From an uncultured Planctomycetia bacterium (GTDB taxonomy: Bacteria > Omnitrophota > Gorgyraeia > 2-02-FULL-51-18), in assembly GCA_964431835.1 (NCBI GenBank), contig CAYSKO010000005.1, positions 52,167 to 116,166 of the forward strand: a DNA stretch of 64,000 bases, in the 5' to 3' direction. The position numbers and the translations under genes were made by a program. Shown here one piece after another: positions 45,633 to 56,491 of the stretch; within the stretch, counting starts at the first letter, position 1; each line of letters starts with the position of its first letter. The notes below the pieces were generated by a model that was given only the letters and a program-made list of their open reading frames with translations, did no database searches and was not told where the DNA came from.

Positions 45633-46484
45633 TCAGTCCTTCGGTTCGGCCTTTTTCTTCGGGCCGCCGCGGGCGCCGATGCCGGCCGCTTCGCGGAGCG
45701 CCGCCACTTCGGAGTGCGTGAGCTCCCGGCGCTGGCCGGGTTTCAGCCCTTCGACGGTGACGGGACCGTACTGAATCCGCTCGAGGTCCGTGACAAAAAA
45801 ACCGACCGACTGGAAAATGCGGCGGATCTGGCGCTTTTTCCCCTCATGGAGCGTGATGAAGAGCGTCGTGTGCAGGGCGTCGCGCGATTCGAGGTCGATC
45901 TTGCACGGCGCCGTTTTGCCCTCTTCCAGCTCGACGCCCTTCGCGAGCCGGCGAAGCGCCTCGTCCGGCACCGCTCCCTCGACGGCCGCGCGGTAGCGCT
46001 TGGTCACGCCGAAGCGGGGGTGCATGAGGCGGAACGCGAGCTCGCCGTCGTCGGTCATAAGGAGAAGCCCCGTCGTATCGCGGTCGAGCCGCCCCACCGG
46101 GAAGAGCCGCGAGGGCACATCCCGGAAGAAATCGGCGACCGTGTGCTCGGCATTCGGGTCCTGCATCGTGGTCATCACGCCGCGCGGCTTGTTGAGCATG
46201 AAGTACCGCGGGTTGCGAGGCGCCGAGATGTCGAGCGTACGGCCTTCGACCTCGATCACGTCCTTGTTCGGGTCGACGCGAAGCCCTTTTTCGCGCACGA
46301 CTTCGCCGTTGACCTTCACCAGGCCGCCTTCGATGGCCTCGACCACGCCGCGCCGGCTCCCGATCCCGAAACGCGACAGCGCCACCTGAAGACGTTCGGT
46401 CCCCGCGTTTTCCTTAAGCGGCTTGAACGAGGTCTTCTTGGCCGGAGCGGGTTTCGATTCCGGGGCGGGCTGCGGTTCGGGCAT
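45633..46484 (-). CDS. rluB: RsuA/RluB-family pseudouridine synthase
   Basis: S4 domain ERLQVAL..SRR; LNKPRG, PVGRLDRDTTGLLL, EGKKRQIRR. Confidence 0.9.
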   Translation of the reverse strand: MPEPQPAPESKPAPAKKTSFKPLKENAGTERLQVALSRFGIGSRRGVVEAIEGGLVKVNGEVVREKGLRVDPNKDVIEVEGRTLDISAPRNPRYFMLNKPRGVMTTMQDPNAEHTVADFFRDVPSRLFPVGRLDRDTTGLLLMTDDGELAFRLMHPRFGVTKRYRAAVEGAVPDEALRRLAKGVELEEGKTAPCKIDLESRDALHTTLFITLHEGKKRQIRRIFQSVGFFVTDLERIQYGPVTVEGLKPGQRRELTHSEVAALREAAGIGARGGPKKKAEPKD

Positions 46485-46486
46485 CG

Positions 46487-48313
46487 TTAGGAGTCCCGCT
46501 TCGTGCGCTTGCGGACCGTCGGATCGAGCTGGCGCTTGCGCAGCCGGATCGATTTCGGCGTCGTCTCGAGAAGCTCGTCGGGACCGATGTACTCGATCGC
46601 GAGCTCCAACGTCAATTCGCGCGGAGGCGAAAGGACGATCGCGTCATCCGAACCCACCGAGCGCATGTTCGAGAGCTTCTTCGTCTTGCACGGCGAGATG
46701 TCGAGATCCTCGTCGCGCGAGTTCATGCCGATGATCTGGCCCATGTACACTTCGACGCCCGGGGGCACGAAAAGGTCGCCGCGCTCCTGGACGTTGCAAA
46801 GGCCGTAGGCGTTCGTCATTCCCGTTTCGCTCGCGATGAGCGAGCCATGCGGCATAGCGCCCATGTCCGAGTTTTCCATCGGACCGTATTCCTCGAACAC
46901 GTGGTGGACGATCGCCGTGCCGCGCGTCTTGGTCATGAGCGCGCCTTTCAGGCCGATCACGCCCCGGGTCGGGATCCGGTATTCCAGATGGATTTCCCCC
47001 GTCGGCGCCTGCGAAAGGTTCTTCAGCTGGCCGCGGCGGCGTCCCACCTCTTCGATGATCGTGCCCTGGTATTCGGAGGGCACGTCGATGATGAGAAGCT
47101 CGTAAGGCTCCTGCTTCTTTCCGTCTTTCTCGTGGAAGATAACCTGCGGCTGCGACACCTGGAGCTCGTACCCTTCGCGGCGCATCTGCTCGATCAAGAT
47201 CGCCAAGTGAAGCTCGCCTCGGCCGGAGACGAGCAGCGTATCGGGGCTGCCGGTTTCGGTGACGCGGAGCGACACGTTGGTCTCGAGTTCCTTGAACAGG
47301 CGATCGCGGATCACGCGCGATGTCACGTACTTGCCCTCTTTGCCGGAGAACGGGCTCGTATTGACGCCGAACGTCATCTGGACGGTGGGTTCGTCGATCG
47401 TCGGCGGCTCGAGCGGCCTCGGATTCTGCGGATCGGTGATGGTCTCGCCGATGCCGAGCGATTCGAATCCGGCCAAGGCGACGATGTCGCCGGCGAAAGC
47501 TTCGTCGACCTCGACGCGCTCCAGACCCTCGTACGAAAGGAGGCTCGTGACCTTCGCGGTCACTTTGCTTCCGTCGCGGCGAACGAGCATCACGTTGTCG
47601 TTCTTCCTCAGTCTTCCGCCCGAGATCTTGCCGATTCCCATCTTCCCCTTATACGAATCCTGCGTAAGCGCGAGGATCAGGAGCTGGAGCGGGTCTTCGA
47701 CCTTGGCGGTGGGAGGCGGAACTTCGCGGATGATCGTATCCAGAAGCGCGTCGATGTTGTCCGAGGGATTCTTCATGTCCATCGTGGCGGTCCCTTTCAG
47801 GGCCGACGCGTAGACGATCGGAAAGTCGAGCTGCTTATCGTGCGCGTTCAGCTCCACGAAGAGATCGAACGTGCGGTTGACGACCTCGTCGATTTGCGAA
47901 TCAGGACGGTCCACCTTATTGATGACGACGATCGCGCGGTGGCCGATCTCAAGCGCCTTGCGGAGCACGAAACGAGTCTGCGGCATCGGGCCGTCCTTCG
48001 CGTCGATGACGAGGAGGACGCCGTCCACCATGCGGAGCGTGCGTTCGACTTCGCCGCCGAAATCCGCGTGTCCCGGGGTGTCGACGATGTTGATCTTCGT
48101 TCCCTTGTACGACACGCTCGCGTTCTTGGCGCGGATGGTGATACCGCGTTCGCGCTCCAAGTCCATCGAGTCCATGATTCGCTCACCCATGTCTTCGACG
48201 TTGCGGTGCACTCGCGTCTGACGCAGGATCGCGTCGACGAGCGTCGTCTTGCCGTGGTCAACGTGCGCGATGATTGCGACGTTTCGGATCTGTGTTGCTG
48301 CATTCGTTTCCAT
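46487..48313 (-). CDS. typA: Translational GTPase TypA/BipA
   Basis: [48 protein letters not shown]. Confidence 0.97.
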   Translation of the reverse strand: METNAATQIRNVAIIAHVDHGKTTLVDAILRQTRVHRNVEDMGERIMDSMDLERERGITIRAKNASVSYKGTKINIVDTPGHADFGGEVERTLRMVDGVLLVIDAKDGPMPQTRFVLRKALEIGHRAIVVINKVDRPDSQIDEVVNRTFDLFVELNAHDKQLDFPIVYASALKGTATMDMKNPSDNIDALLDTIIREVPPPTAKVEDPLQLLILALTQDSYKGKMGIGKISGGRLRKNDNVMLVRRDGSKVTAKVTSLLSYEGLERVEVDEAFAGDIVALAGFESLGIGETITDPQNPRPLEPPTIDEPTVQMTFGVNTSPFSGKEGKYVTSRVIRDRLFKELETNVSLRVTETGSPDTLLVSGRGELHLAILIEQMRREGYELQVSQPQVIFHEKDGKKQEPYELLIIDVPSEYQGTIIEEVGRRRGQLKNLSQAPTGEIHLEYRIPTRGVIGLKGALMTKTRGTAIVHHVFEEYGPMENSDMGAMPHGSLIASETGMTNAYGLCNVQERGDLFVPPGVEVYMGQIIGMNSRDEDLDISPCKTKKLSNMRSVGSDDAIVLSPPRELTLELAIEYIGPDELLETTPKSIRLRKRQLDPTVRKRTKRDS

Positions 48314-48331
48314 TTATTCTCCTAAAAATCA

Positions 48332-48374
48332 CGAAACCCTCGCTCGGGCCGAACGGCGCGAGTCGAGGGTTTCG
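48332..48374 (-). terminator. Hairpin between csp and typA, probable terminator/attenuator
   Basis: CGAAACCCTCG...CGAGGGTTTCG followed by TGATTTTT on the minus strand. Confidence 0.55.
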
Positions 48375-48418
48375 GAGTCGGTCGAGACTCGCCCTAAAGC
48401 GAGCACGGCCAGGCTCTT

Positions 48419-48625
48419 TTAAGCGGTCCGCATCACGTTCTGGGCTTGCTCGCCCTTGGGGCCGTTCGTCAGTTCGAACTCGACGGTCTCACCCTCGCGA
48501 AGAGTCTTGAAACCCTCGCCTTTGACGGCGGAAAAATGCACGAAAACGTCCTTATTGCCGCCTTCCGGGGTGATGAATCCGTAGCCCTTTTGATCGCTGA
48601 ACCACTTCACGGTGCCTTTGGCCAT
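48419..48625 (-). CDS. Cold-shock protein
   Basis: [24 protein letters not shown]. Confidence 0.96.
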   Translation of the reverse strand: MAKGTVKWFSDQKGYGFITPEGGNKDVFVHFSAVKGEGFKTLREGETVEFELTNGPKGEQAQNVMRTA

Positions 48626-48782
48626 GCTTTGAACCCTCTCGAAAATTTCTAAATTGCTTAAGATGCCGGCAAAAAAATGGGCCGCGAATCGATCATTCGC
48701 AGCCGCTCTCGTCGCTCCGCATCAACCGATTGTTCCTATCACTTACGCCCGAAAGTGTATCAAAAACGGGTACCGAAGTCAA
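48626..48782 (-). promoter_or_regulatory. csp promoter and long (about 120 nt) 5' UTR
   Basis: TTGACT (48777-48782)-17 bp-TACACT (48754-48759). Long leaders are typical of csp mRNAs. Confidence 0.6.
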
Positions 48783-48816
48783 CCGTAAACGGGAGGTTTT
48801 GTGGTAGAATACGCGG

Positions 48817-49830
48817 ATGCTCAAATTAAAATCGTTGACGCTCAAATCAAGCGTGATCTCCTCCCCCATGGCCGCCTGCACGGATCTTGCTTACCGCATG
48901 ATTTCGCGCGAACACGGCCTCGAATTTTGCTTTCTCGAGATGGTCGCCGCCGAATCGCTCGTGCGCGATAACAATGCTACTAAAGAACTTATGAAAACGA
49001 TCCCCGAGGACAAGCCTCTGGGTGCCCAGCTCGTCGGGTGCCGTGCCCAAGCCATGGGCGAAGCCGCGGGAATGGTCGAAGCCATGGGCTACGACCTCCT
49101 CGACCTCAACCTCGGCTGCCCCGTCCCTAAAATCGCTGGCAAAGGCGCAGGGTCGGCCCTCCTCGCCCGCCCGGACGAATGCCGGGAGATTTTCACGGCC
49201 GTCGTCCGGAACGTGAAACGGATCCCCGTTACCGTCAAAATGCGCCTCGGAGTCTCGGATGCGAGCGGGGCCGAGGCCGCCCGCGTGGCGAAGATCGCGG
49301 AGGAATGCGGGATTACCGCCGTTTCCGTGCACGGGCGCACGCGCGTCCAGGGCTATTCCGGCCAAGCGGACTATCACGCGATCGCGCGCGTCAAGGAAGC
49401 CGTCTCCATCCCCGTCATTGGCAACGGAGACGTCTGCTCCGGCGAGGACGCGCGGCGCATGCTTGCGATCACCGGCTGTGACGGCGTCATGATCGGCCGC
49501 GGCGGCATGGGCAACCCTTGGATCTTCAAAAGCGTCGAGAACGTCCTCGCCGGCAAGGACCCGCTCCCCGAGCCTTCGGCCGAAGACAAAAAGAAGGCAC
49601 TTTTGCGCCACCTCGAACTCGAGCTTCTCTACCGCGAGGAGCGCTCGGTCCTCTACTACATGCGCCGCATCGCCTGCTGGTACTTCAAAGGGCTTCCGGG
49701 CGTCGCCGAATTCCGCGGGAACATCAACACGGCGGAATCCATCGCCCAGGTGAAGGATTATATCCGGAACTTCGAAGTGGTGGCGGGCGCTCCGCCCGAG
49801 ATCGGACCGGAAGACCGCTTCGAGGGGTAA
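48817..49830 (+). CDS. dusB: tRNA-dihydrouridine synthase B
   Basis: SPMAACTD, DLNLGCP, PVTVKMRLG, VHGRT, IGNGDV, GVMIGRG. Confidence 0.93.
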   Translation: MLKLKSLTLKSSVISSPMAACTDLAYRMISREHGLEFCFLEMVAAESLVRDNNATKELMKTIPEDKPLGAQLVGCRAQAMGEAAGMVEAMGYDLLDLNLGCPVPKIAGKGAGSALLARPDECREIFTAVVRNVKRIPVTVKMRLGVSDASGAEAARVAKIAEECGITAVSVHGRTRVQGYSGQADYHAIARVKEAVSIPVIGNGDVCSGEDARRMLAITGCDGVMIGRGGMGNPWIFKSVENVLAGKDPLPEPSAEDKKKALLRHLELELLYREERSVLYYMRRIACWYFKGLPGVAEFRGNINTAESIAQVKDYIRNFEVVAGAPPEIGPEDRFEG

Positions 49831-50021
49831 AGAAAAACGCTCTCTATTTGCGCTACGGGAACACATTCGTGTTCCCTCGTACGCTGCAAATAGAGAGCGT
49901 TTTTCTTTTCCTTCCCAGACCAAGAGCAGGGTGGCGGAAAAGCGGAAGGCCTCTTTTGTTTTTTAGCGCGTACGAGGGACCACGAACGGGGTCCCGTAGC
50001 GCAGAAAATTAAAAAGGGCCT
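49830..50021. repeat. Two inverted copies of a structured palindromic (REP-like) element between convergent dusB and greA
   Basis: Copy 1 (+) core GCGCTACGGGAACACATTCGTGTTCCCTCGTACGC; copy 2 (-) core GCGCTACGGGACCCCGTTCGTGGTCCCTCGTACGC. Each sits inside a long outer stem. Confidence 0.75.
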
Positions 50022-50039
50022 CTCGCGTAACCGATTCGG

Positions 50040-50516
50040 TCAGTCGCGATTGATCTTAAGGACCTTGTACTTGAGGATTCCTGCGGGGATTTTGATCTCT
50101 GCGGTCTCGCCTTCGCGGAGGCCGAGGAGGCCTTTGGCGATCGGCGAGGCGACCGAGATTTTATTCTCGTCGAAATTCGCTTCGTCCTGGGGAACGATCC
50201 AATAAGTGAACTCCTCGTCGTGCTTCAGATCCTTAAGGAGCACTTTCGCGCCGATGAAAACCTGGTCTTTCGGAATCTTGGAATCGTCGATGAACTCGGC
50301 GTTCGTCAGGCGCTCTTCATAATCGGAGATGCGCTTCTCGTTCATCGCCTGGTTGTTCTTGGCCGCGTCGTACTCGGCATTTTCCTTAAGATCGCCGAAC
50401 GCGCGTGCCTTCCCGATATCCTCGGCGATTTCGCGGCGCTTGGTGGTCTTGAGGTGCTCAAGCTCCTTGCGGAGCTTCTCATACCCTTCCCGGGTCATCA
50501 GTCTTTTATCGTTCAT
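50040..50516 (-). CDS. greA: Transcription elongation factor GreA
   Basis: MTREGYEKL, ARAFGDLKENAEYDAAK, ISVASPIAKGLLG. Confidence 0.96.
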   Translation of the reverse strand: MNDKRLMTREGYEKLRKELEHLKTTKRREIAEDIGKARAFGDLKENAEYDAAKNNQAMNEKRISDYEERLTNAEFIDDSKIPKDQVFIGAKVLLKDLKHDEEFTYWIVPQDEANFDENKISVASPIAKGLLGLREGETAEIKIPAGILKYKVLKINRD

Positions 50517-50546
50517 AACAGCAATATTGTACCACAGGCGCCCGCC

Positions 50547-53500
50547 TTAAGTCGCAGAGGGTTCCGTTTGGGCTCCCTGGCTCTCCAGAACCTGCTGGCG
50601 CAAGTCGTTGGCGATCGCCGCGTGCTTGGAGGCGAGCTCCTTGAGACCTGTCTTGTCCGCGCACTCGGCCAGAAGCGCGTGGGCCACCCCGTTTTCCGGG
50701 TCCACCTCCACGATTTTCTGGAAGTAAGCCCGCGCGGCACCGTATTCCCTCGCCTTGAACTTGTCGCGGCCCATCCGCAGGAGCGCCAGGATGCGGCGAC
50801 GCAGCTGCACATCCACGTACATTTGGCGCGCCTCGAGAAACGAGGTGTCCTCGGGATTGATCCGCGCCGCGGATTCGAGAAGATCGAGTGCTTCCGCTTC
50901 GCGGCCTTCCGCGAGAGCGAAACGAGCCATGTCCGAATAATTCTTCGCGTACATCGGATTCAGGTCGATCGCTTTCTTGAGAGCGTCCACCGCCGTCACG
51001 ACGTCCCCCATTTGGAAACTGAGACCCGCGATTGTGTTGTGCCATTCGACGTCGCGCTGCAAGATCGGATTTTGTTGGAGGCGGATGCGCAGCTTGGCGC
51101 GTCTGAAGCCGCTGCCGATCTTCCGTTTGAAAGGCGTCGACGGACGGATACGCGCGTATTCACGAATCGCCCGGCGGTAGTGCCCCTGCGCGTCGTACGT
51201 GAGCCCAATCGCGTACGGGATCCTCGGCTCGCGCGGCGCCAAGCGGCGAGCCTCGCGAAAATCGTCGAGCGCGCGGTCGTAGTTCTGCGCGGCGTAGGCG
51301 TCCATGCCATGCCGGTAATAGATGTTCCAAATGTGGGGCGAGCCCAGGATCTTCTCGCGCGTCCACCCGGTGAACTCAGGGAAAGGATCCTGGCGTTTCA
51401 GCGAGTAGAGCCACTTCGAGATGTCCTCGCTCGTGGCTTTATAGAGATGTTTCGGCGCGTTGTATTCCAGGCGCAGGCGGTCGTCGGTGTTGAGGCGGAT
51501 GCGGCCCGGAAAAGCCGCAAGGGCAGCGCGGAGATCGCGGTCCGAAAGCATGAACGAGCCCAGAACGAAATGCTCGGCGTGCGGGGAGAAATATTCGATG
51601 TCGGAACGGGTCGAAGGGTTTTCGCGGATGAGCCGCATCATGCGGCCGTAATCGAACGTCAGAGGCTTCTTCGAACCTAGAAGAAGGTAGTCGCTATCGT
51701 TGACGCGGTACATCTCCGTGTGCGGGAACGACGATGAGAAGGTTTTGGCCACCATGAGGAAGTCCTCGAGGGACATCTGATAGGACTGGAGCCACTGAAG
51801 ATATAGACCGTCGTCCGAGAGCTTTTTCTTGGCGAGCTCGTAGTTCTCCGTCGAGAAAAGATTCGAAATGCCGGATATCCACGGATTGGAGGGCTCGGAG
51901 ATGATCACGTCGTAGGTGTTCTTCGTGAACGCGATGTGGTTTCGTCCGTCGCCGATGACCACCTTCACGCGCGGATCCTTCAGCGCGAAATTGTTCTCGG
52001 TCGCGAAGTAGCGGTTGGCCTCCACGACGGCGGGTTCGATCTCAACCATTTCGACGGCCTTCACGCTCTTGAACTGGGTGACCGCTCCGAGCGTGACGCC
52101 CGAACCCAGGCCGATCACGAGCACATTTTCGGGATTCGGATGCGCGAACATCGGAATGTAGCCCGAGTAGAGCTGGGTCGCCATGTCGCCGATCGTCGAC
52201 GCGTCGGTCTTACCGTTGACTCGGAGGGATTTAGACGGCAACTCGTTGTTCGGTGCCGACGGCGAATTGTACTGGATGACGGTGACGGTCGAAGAGATGC
52301 CGTCCTTGTAATACACGAGCTTGTGATTGGAAGCGAGCGCGCGTTCGAAGCTCTGCTTGCCGCCGAGTGCCGCGCGCGTCCATGTCGACGCGTAAAGGAA
52401 AACGCCGCTCGAGAATATCTCGCGGTTCCACGGATACAGGAGAAAAACCGCGGCCAGGGCGAACGCGACGAGGGTCTTGCCGGCGTTCAACTTGAAGTTA
52501 GGCCGCTGAGTCCCCTTCCAGACGAGGGCGGCTCCGGTCACGATGCTGAAAACGCTGACGAGCTGGAGCGTGCCATTCAAACCGATGCTTCCTATGAAGA
52601 AAAAAGCTCCCACGAAGGAGCCGGCGACGCCGCCGAGCGTATTGGCGGCGTACGTCGCGCCGACCACGCGGCCGATGTTCTTCGGACGACCGACGTAATA
52701 GAGCGTCGCCGGAAACACCGTGCCCATCAGAAAAGTCGGAACGATCATGGCCATCGCGGAGAAGAAGAATTGGGCGGTGAATGCGGTGAACGTGGAGATC
52801 GTGATGATCGGGAAAGCGAGCACGTAATAAAAGACGATCCATTCGAAGACCGGAATAAAGAAAAGGACGCTTAGTCCTACCGCGATCTCGAGGAAACCGA
52901 GCGAGGCGAGTGTGAACGGCACGCGGCGCGCCGCGAACTTCGACACCGCCCAGCTGCCGAGACCGAGGCCGGCGAGGAACGTCGTCAGCATGGCCGAGAA
53001 CGCGTAGGTGGACGAGCCCAGGATCAGCGCCATCGTACGCGTCCAGCAAATCTGGACCACGAACGCCACGAACCCGTGGACGACCATGAGAGCGAGGATG
53101 AAAAGGAAAGTCGACTGCGGAAGCGGGGCGTCGGCAGGCGTCTCGGAAATTGTCTCCGTTGCGGGCGCGGCGGCGCCCCTCTCGGCGCGCATCACGTACG
53201 CGAAAAGACCCAGATTCACGGCGGCCGCGGCGATCGACGTCAGCCAGATACCGAGGTTTGCCAGGAGAATGAAGCCTGAGGCGAACGTGCCGGCCATCGC
53301 CCCGAACAGATTCATCGCGTAAAGCCGGCTCAAATTATCTTTCATCGACGCGTCGTCGCGGCTCAAATAACGGCTGAGGAGAGGTAGCGTGCCGCCCATG
53401 AGAGTGGTTGGCACGATGAGCACGAGGAAAGACATCGCAAAACGGATGACGGAAATCGTCAGGAAATCATGGTGAAAACGAAGGTAGATCGATTCGTATA

Positions 53501-53792
53501 CGGGATGAAGAAGCCGGATGATGAGCGGGAAAACGAGTGCGAAGAGTGCGATCCCGGCCTCGAGGCAGGCGTAGAGCTTGAGACCCGATTCGGGACGGCG
53601 GTCGGCGAGTTTACCGAAGAAGTGGCTGCCAATCGCCAGACCCGTCATGAACGCGGCGATGACGGAGGCCGAAGCGAGCGTGGTATTCCCGAAGATCAGG
53701 CAGGCTTGCTTCGCCCACACGACCTCGAAGACAAGCGCCGTGAAACCCGAAACGAAAAAGAGGAAAAGCACGTTGCGATATTTGAGTAGCAT
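50547..53792 (-). CDS. Membrane-fused spermidine synthase-like protein with C-terminal TPRs
   Basis: SGFTALVFEVVW multi-TM N-terminus; VLVIGLGSGVT, VEIEPAV, GDGRN, YDVIISEPSNPW; TPR-like helices. Confidence 0.88.
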   Translation of the reverse strand: MLLKYRNVLFLFFVSGFTALVFEVVWAKQACLIFGNTTLASASVIAAFMTGLAIGSHFFGKLADRRPESGLKLYACLEAGIALFALVFPLIIRLLHPVYESIYLRFHHDFLTISVIRFAMSFLVLIVPTTLMGGTLPLLSRYLSRDDASMKDNLSRLYAMNLFGAMAGTFASGFILLANLGIWLTSIAAAAVNLGLFAYVMRAERGAAAPATETISETPADAPLPQSTFLFILALMVVHGFVAFVVQICWTRTMALILGSSTYAFSAMLTTFLAGLGLGSWAVSKFAARRVPFTLASLGFLEIAVGLSVLFFIPVFEWIVFYYVLAFPIITISTFTAFTAQFFFSAMAMIVPTFLMGTVFPATLYYVGRPKNIGRVVGATYAANTLGGVAGSFVGAFFFIGSIGLNGTLQLVSVFSIVTGAALVWKGTQRPNFKLNAGKTLVAFALAAVFLLYPWNREIFSSGVFLYASTWTRAALGGKQSFERALASNHKLVYYKDGISSTVTVIQYNSPSAPNNELPSKSLRVNGKTDASTIGDMATQLYSGYIPMFAHPNPENVLVIGLGSGVTLGAVTQFKSVKAVEMVEIEPAVVEANRYFATENNFALKDPRVKVVIGDGRNHIAFTKNTYDVIISEPSNPWISGISNLFSTENYELAKKKLSDDGLYLQWLQSYQMSLEDFLMVAKTFSSSFPHTEMYRVNDSDYLLLGSKKPLTFDYGRMMRLIRENPSTRSDIEYFSPHAEHFVLGSFMLSDRDLRAALAAFPGRIRLNTDDRLRLEYNAPKHLYKATSEDISKWLYSLKRQDPFPEFTGWTREKILGSPHIWNIYYRHGMDAYAAQNYDRALDDFREARRLAPREPRIPYAIGLTYDAQGHYRRAIREYARIRPSTPFKRKIGSGFRRAKLRIRLQQNPILQRDVEWHNTIAGLSFQMGDVVTAVDALKKAIDLNPMYAKNYSDMARFALAEGREAEALDLLESAARINPEDTSFLEARQMYVDVQLRRRILALLRMGRDKFKAREYGAARAYFQKIVEVDPENGVAHALLAECADKTGLKELASKHAAIANDLRQQVLESQGAQTEPSAT

Positions 53793-53836
53793 AGAGCCTC
53801 TGAAAAATAGATTTATTTAAGTGATACTATACAATA

Positions 53837-54415
53837 CTATTCAGTCATAATCAAATTTAATTTGCGTATCCGGGACGCCAGGCTTTCCATGGGAAGCCCG
53901 ACGGCGTTCGAGAAGGAACCTCTCAGCTGCGCGACGATGTTTGTCGTGGACTGGATCGCGTAGGCGCCGGCCTTGTCGAGGGGAGAAATCTTGCGAAAGT
54001 AGCGCCGGATGTCCGCCTCCTCCATCGGACGAAGACGGACCAGCGTCTTTTCGACGTACACGGCACGTGCGGCCACGCGGCCGTCGATCATCGCTGCGAG
54101 TGCGACTCCCGTGTAAACGGCGTGCCAGCGGCCTTGGAGCGACCGGAGGGTACGTACCGCATCGGCCATGTCGCGCGGTTTTCCGATGGTTCGTCCGCGG
54201 AACGCGACGACGGTGTCCGCCGCGAGGATGAGGCCGTTCTTCACCCGCGGCGCCGCGGAGAGCGCTTTCCCCCACGCGTGCGTCCGGACGAGCCGCCGGG
54301 GCGTCGCGCCGCGGATCGGGCGCTCTTCGTAATCGGGCCGCACGAGACGGTAGCGGAGGCCCGCGGCGCGAAGAAGCGCTCGGCGGCGCGGCGACGACGA
54401 CGCGAGGTGGATCAC
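53837..54415 (-). CDS. maf: Maf family nucleoside triphosphate pyrophosphatase
   Basis: LASSSPRR, AADTVV, GKP, DKAGAYAIQ, NAVGLP. GTG start overlaps the upstream stop. Confidence 0.92.
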   Translation of the reverse strand: MIHLASSSPRRRALLRAAGLRYRLVRPDYEERPIRGATPRRLVRTHAWGKALSAAPRVKNGLILAADTVVAFRGRTIGKPRDMADAVRTLRSLQGRWHAVYTGVALAAMIDGRVAARAVYVEKTLVRLRPMEEADIRRYFRKISPLDKAGAYAIQSTTNIVAQLRGSFSNAVGLPMESLASRIRKLNLIMTE

Positions 54416-55644
54416 GACGCGGCCGCCGCGCGGCCCGCGATCCAGCCACTCGACCATGCCCACTGAAAGTTAAAACCGCCGATACGTCCGTCGACGTCCA
54501 GAATCTCCCCCGCGAAGTGAAGCCCGGCGACACGCTTCGATTCCATCGTCGCGACGCGGACCTCGCGAAGATCCACACCGCCGGCGGTGGCTTCGGCTTT
54601 TTTGTAACCGTAGACGCCGTTCACTTCGAGCGGCGCGTGCTGAAGAAGGTGAAGAAGGCGTCCCGCCTCCTTCAGCGTACGGACGGGCATGCGGGGATCG
54701 ACGCCGCATTTTTCCAGGAACACCTCGGCGAAACGGTCGGGCAGGCCGAGCTCCTCGGCGAAAAAGGTCTTCAGGTAGCGTGCGCCACCCGCTTTCCTGA
54801 ACGCTTCGAAGCGGCGGCCGAGCTGTCCGATTTCGACGTCGGGCGCGAAGTCCGCTTCCACCGACGGTTCGTCGGCAGGGTCCGCCGCGGCCCAGTAGCG
54901 CGAGATATCCAAAGCGGACGGACCGCTGAATCCGAAATGAGTGAAAAGGAAAGAACCCTTCGCGGACGCTTTCTTTTTACCCTTCGCATAAAAAGCGAGT
55001 GCCGCCTCGAGCGTGATCCCCGAGAGCGAGCGCCAGCCTTCGTCGTCCGTGAGGAGCGGCGTGAGAGCCGGAAACGTCGGCACGATCGCGTGCCCGAGCC
55101 CCCGCGCGATCTCGATACCTTTCCCGTCGCTGCCGGTCTCCGGAAGCGAGAGGCCGCCCGTCGCAAGGATGACCCGCCGGGTGGGAAACTCGAAGTCCCC
55201 TTCGCCGCGCAGGAGAAAACCGCCGTCACGAGGAAAGACGCCGGTCACGCGCGCGGTCTCGAGCGTGACGCCCGAACGGCGAACTTCACGAACGAGCGCG
55301 TCGAGCACCGTGCGGCCCGAATGCGTGGTGGGAAAATATTTGCCCGTCGGCTCGAGGACGAGCTCGACGCCGATCTCGGAAAAAAAACGGCGGGTTTTCT
55401 CGGGAGAGAAAGCCTCGAGGACGTGGCGGACCGCGTGCGGCGGCGCGCCCTGATAATCGGAAGGAATCACCTGGCGGTTCGTGACGTTGCAGCGGGTGCC
55501 GCCGGAGATCAGAATCTTCGCGCCGATCTTGGCGCGGGAATCCAAAAGGAGGATTTTCGCGCCCGGCTTGGCGCGCGCGGCGGAAATCGCCGCGATCAAC
55601 CCGGCCGCTCCCGCGCCGACGACGGCGACGTCCGCGCGGTCCAC
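54412..55644 (-). CDS. HI0933/BaiN family flavoprotein
   Basis: VVGAGAAG, GAKILISGGTRCNVTN, LATGGLSLPETGSDG, GEILDVDGRIGGFNFQWAWSSG. Confidence 0.93.
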   Translation of the reverse strand: MDRADVAVVGAGAAGLIAAISAARAKPGAKILLLDSRAKIGAKILISGGTRCNVTNRQVIPSDYQGAPPHAVRHVLEAFSPEKTRRFFSEIGVELVLEPTGKYFPTTHSGRTVLDALVREVRRSGVTLETARVTGVFPRDGGFLLRGEGDFEFPTRRVILATGGLSLPETGSDGKGIEIARGLGHAIVPTFPALTPLLTDDEGWRSLSGITLEAALAFYAKGKKKASAKGSFLFTHFGFSGPSALDISRYWAAADPADEPSVEADFAPDVEIGQLGRRFEAFRKAGGARYLKTFFAEELGLPDRFAEVFLEKCGVDPRMPVRTLKEAGRLLHLLQHAPLEVNGVYGYKKAEATAGGVDLREVRVATMESKRVAGLHFAGEILDVDGRIGGFNFQWAWSSGWIAGRAAAAS

Positions 55645-55650
55645 GTTTTT

Positions 55651-56487
55651 TTAGCGCGAGCGCGCGTGAAGCCAGAGACCGAACGCGGCCAGGCGCTCGA
55701 TGTCGGTCCAGGGCTCGGTTGAGGAAAGCATCGCGAACGTAATGCGTTTTTTCGCTTCGTAATTCGTGCCGACGAACGTGTGGCGAGACGCGAACGTCCA
55801 GCCTGTTTTACCCTTCACGAACTTCGGCATGCGCCAGAGCATCTTATTGTGGCTCTTGAGCTTAAGCGTCTTGCCGTCGGACCCGCGGATTTCGGCCTCG
55901 AGGATCCCCATCCGTTCGTCGATCCTCTTGTCTCGGAGCGCGTGGCGCATCAGCGTGGAGAGGTCGTAGGCGGTGGTGTACTGCTTGCGCTTCTTGTCCG
56001 GAAGGCCCGAAGCGTTCACGAATCGGGTGCCTTTCATCCCGAGCCGCGCGGCCTTGGCGTTCATGAGCCCGGCGAATGCGATCTCGGAACCGGCCGCCCC
56101 TTCCGCGAGGGCCACTGCCGCGTCGTTCGACGACGACACGAGCGCGGCGGTGACGAGGTCCCAAACGCGGTACTCGGCCCCAAGCGTGAGCCCGGCCTTG
56201 CTCGGCGTCGCGTTCACGGCGTTCCGCGAAATCCGGATCCGCTTCTCGGGATGCATGCGCTCAAGCGCGACGACGACGGTCATTACTTTCGTAGTGGACG
56301 CCGGAGGCAGACGCAAATGGGGGTTCTTCGAATAGAGGATGCGGCCGGTCGAGACGTCGAGCACCGCGGCCGCACGGGCCGTGAGCGAAGGAATGCGGGT
56401 GGCAGCCGGAGCCGGCGACGGAAACAGAAGCGAAAGGACGAGAAGCGGTAGGAACGCGGCGGTCGCGAATCGGCGACGGAGCCTCAT
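55651..56487 (-). CDS. D-alanyl-D-alanine carboxypeptidase (peptidase S11)
   Basis: PPASTTK (SxxK), SSNDAA (SxN), KGKTG (KTG). Confidence 0.92.
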   Translation of the reverse strand: MRLRRRFATAAFLPLLVLSLLFPSPAPAATRIPSLTARAAAVLDVSTGRILYSKNPHLRLPPASTTKVMTVVVALERMHPEKRIRISRNAVNATPSKAGLTLGAEYRVWDLVTAALVSSSNDAAVALAEGAAGSEIAFAGLMNAKAARLGMKGTRFVNASGLPDKKRKQYTTAYDLSTLMRHALRDKRIDERMGILEAEIRGSDGKTLKLKSHNKMLWRMPKFVKGKTGWTFASRHTFVGTNYEAKKRITFAMLSSTEPWTDIERLAAFGLWLHARSR

Positions 56488-56491
56488 CCGG

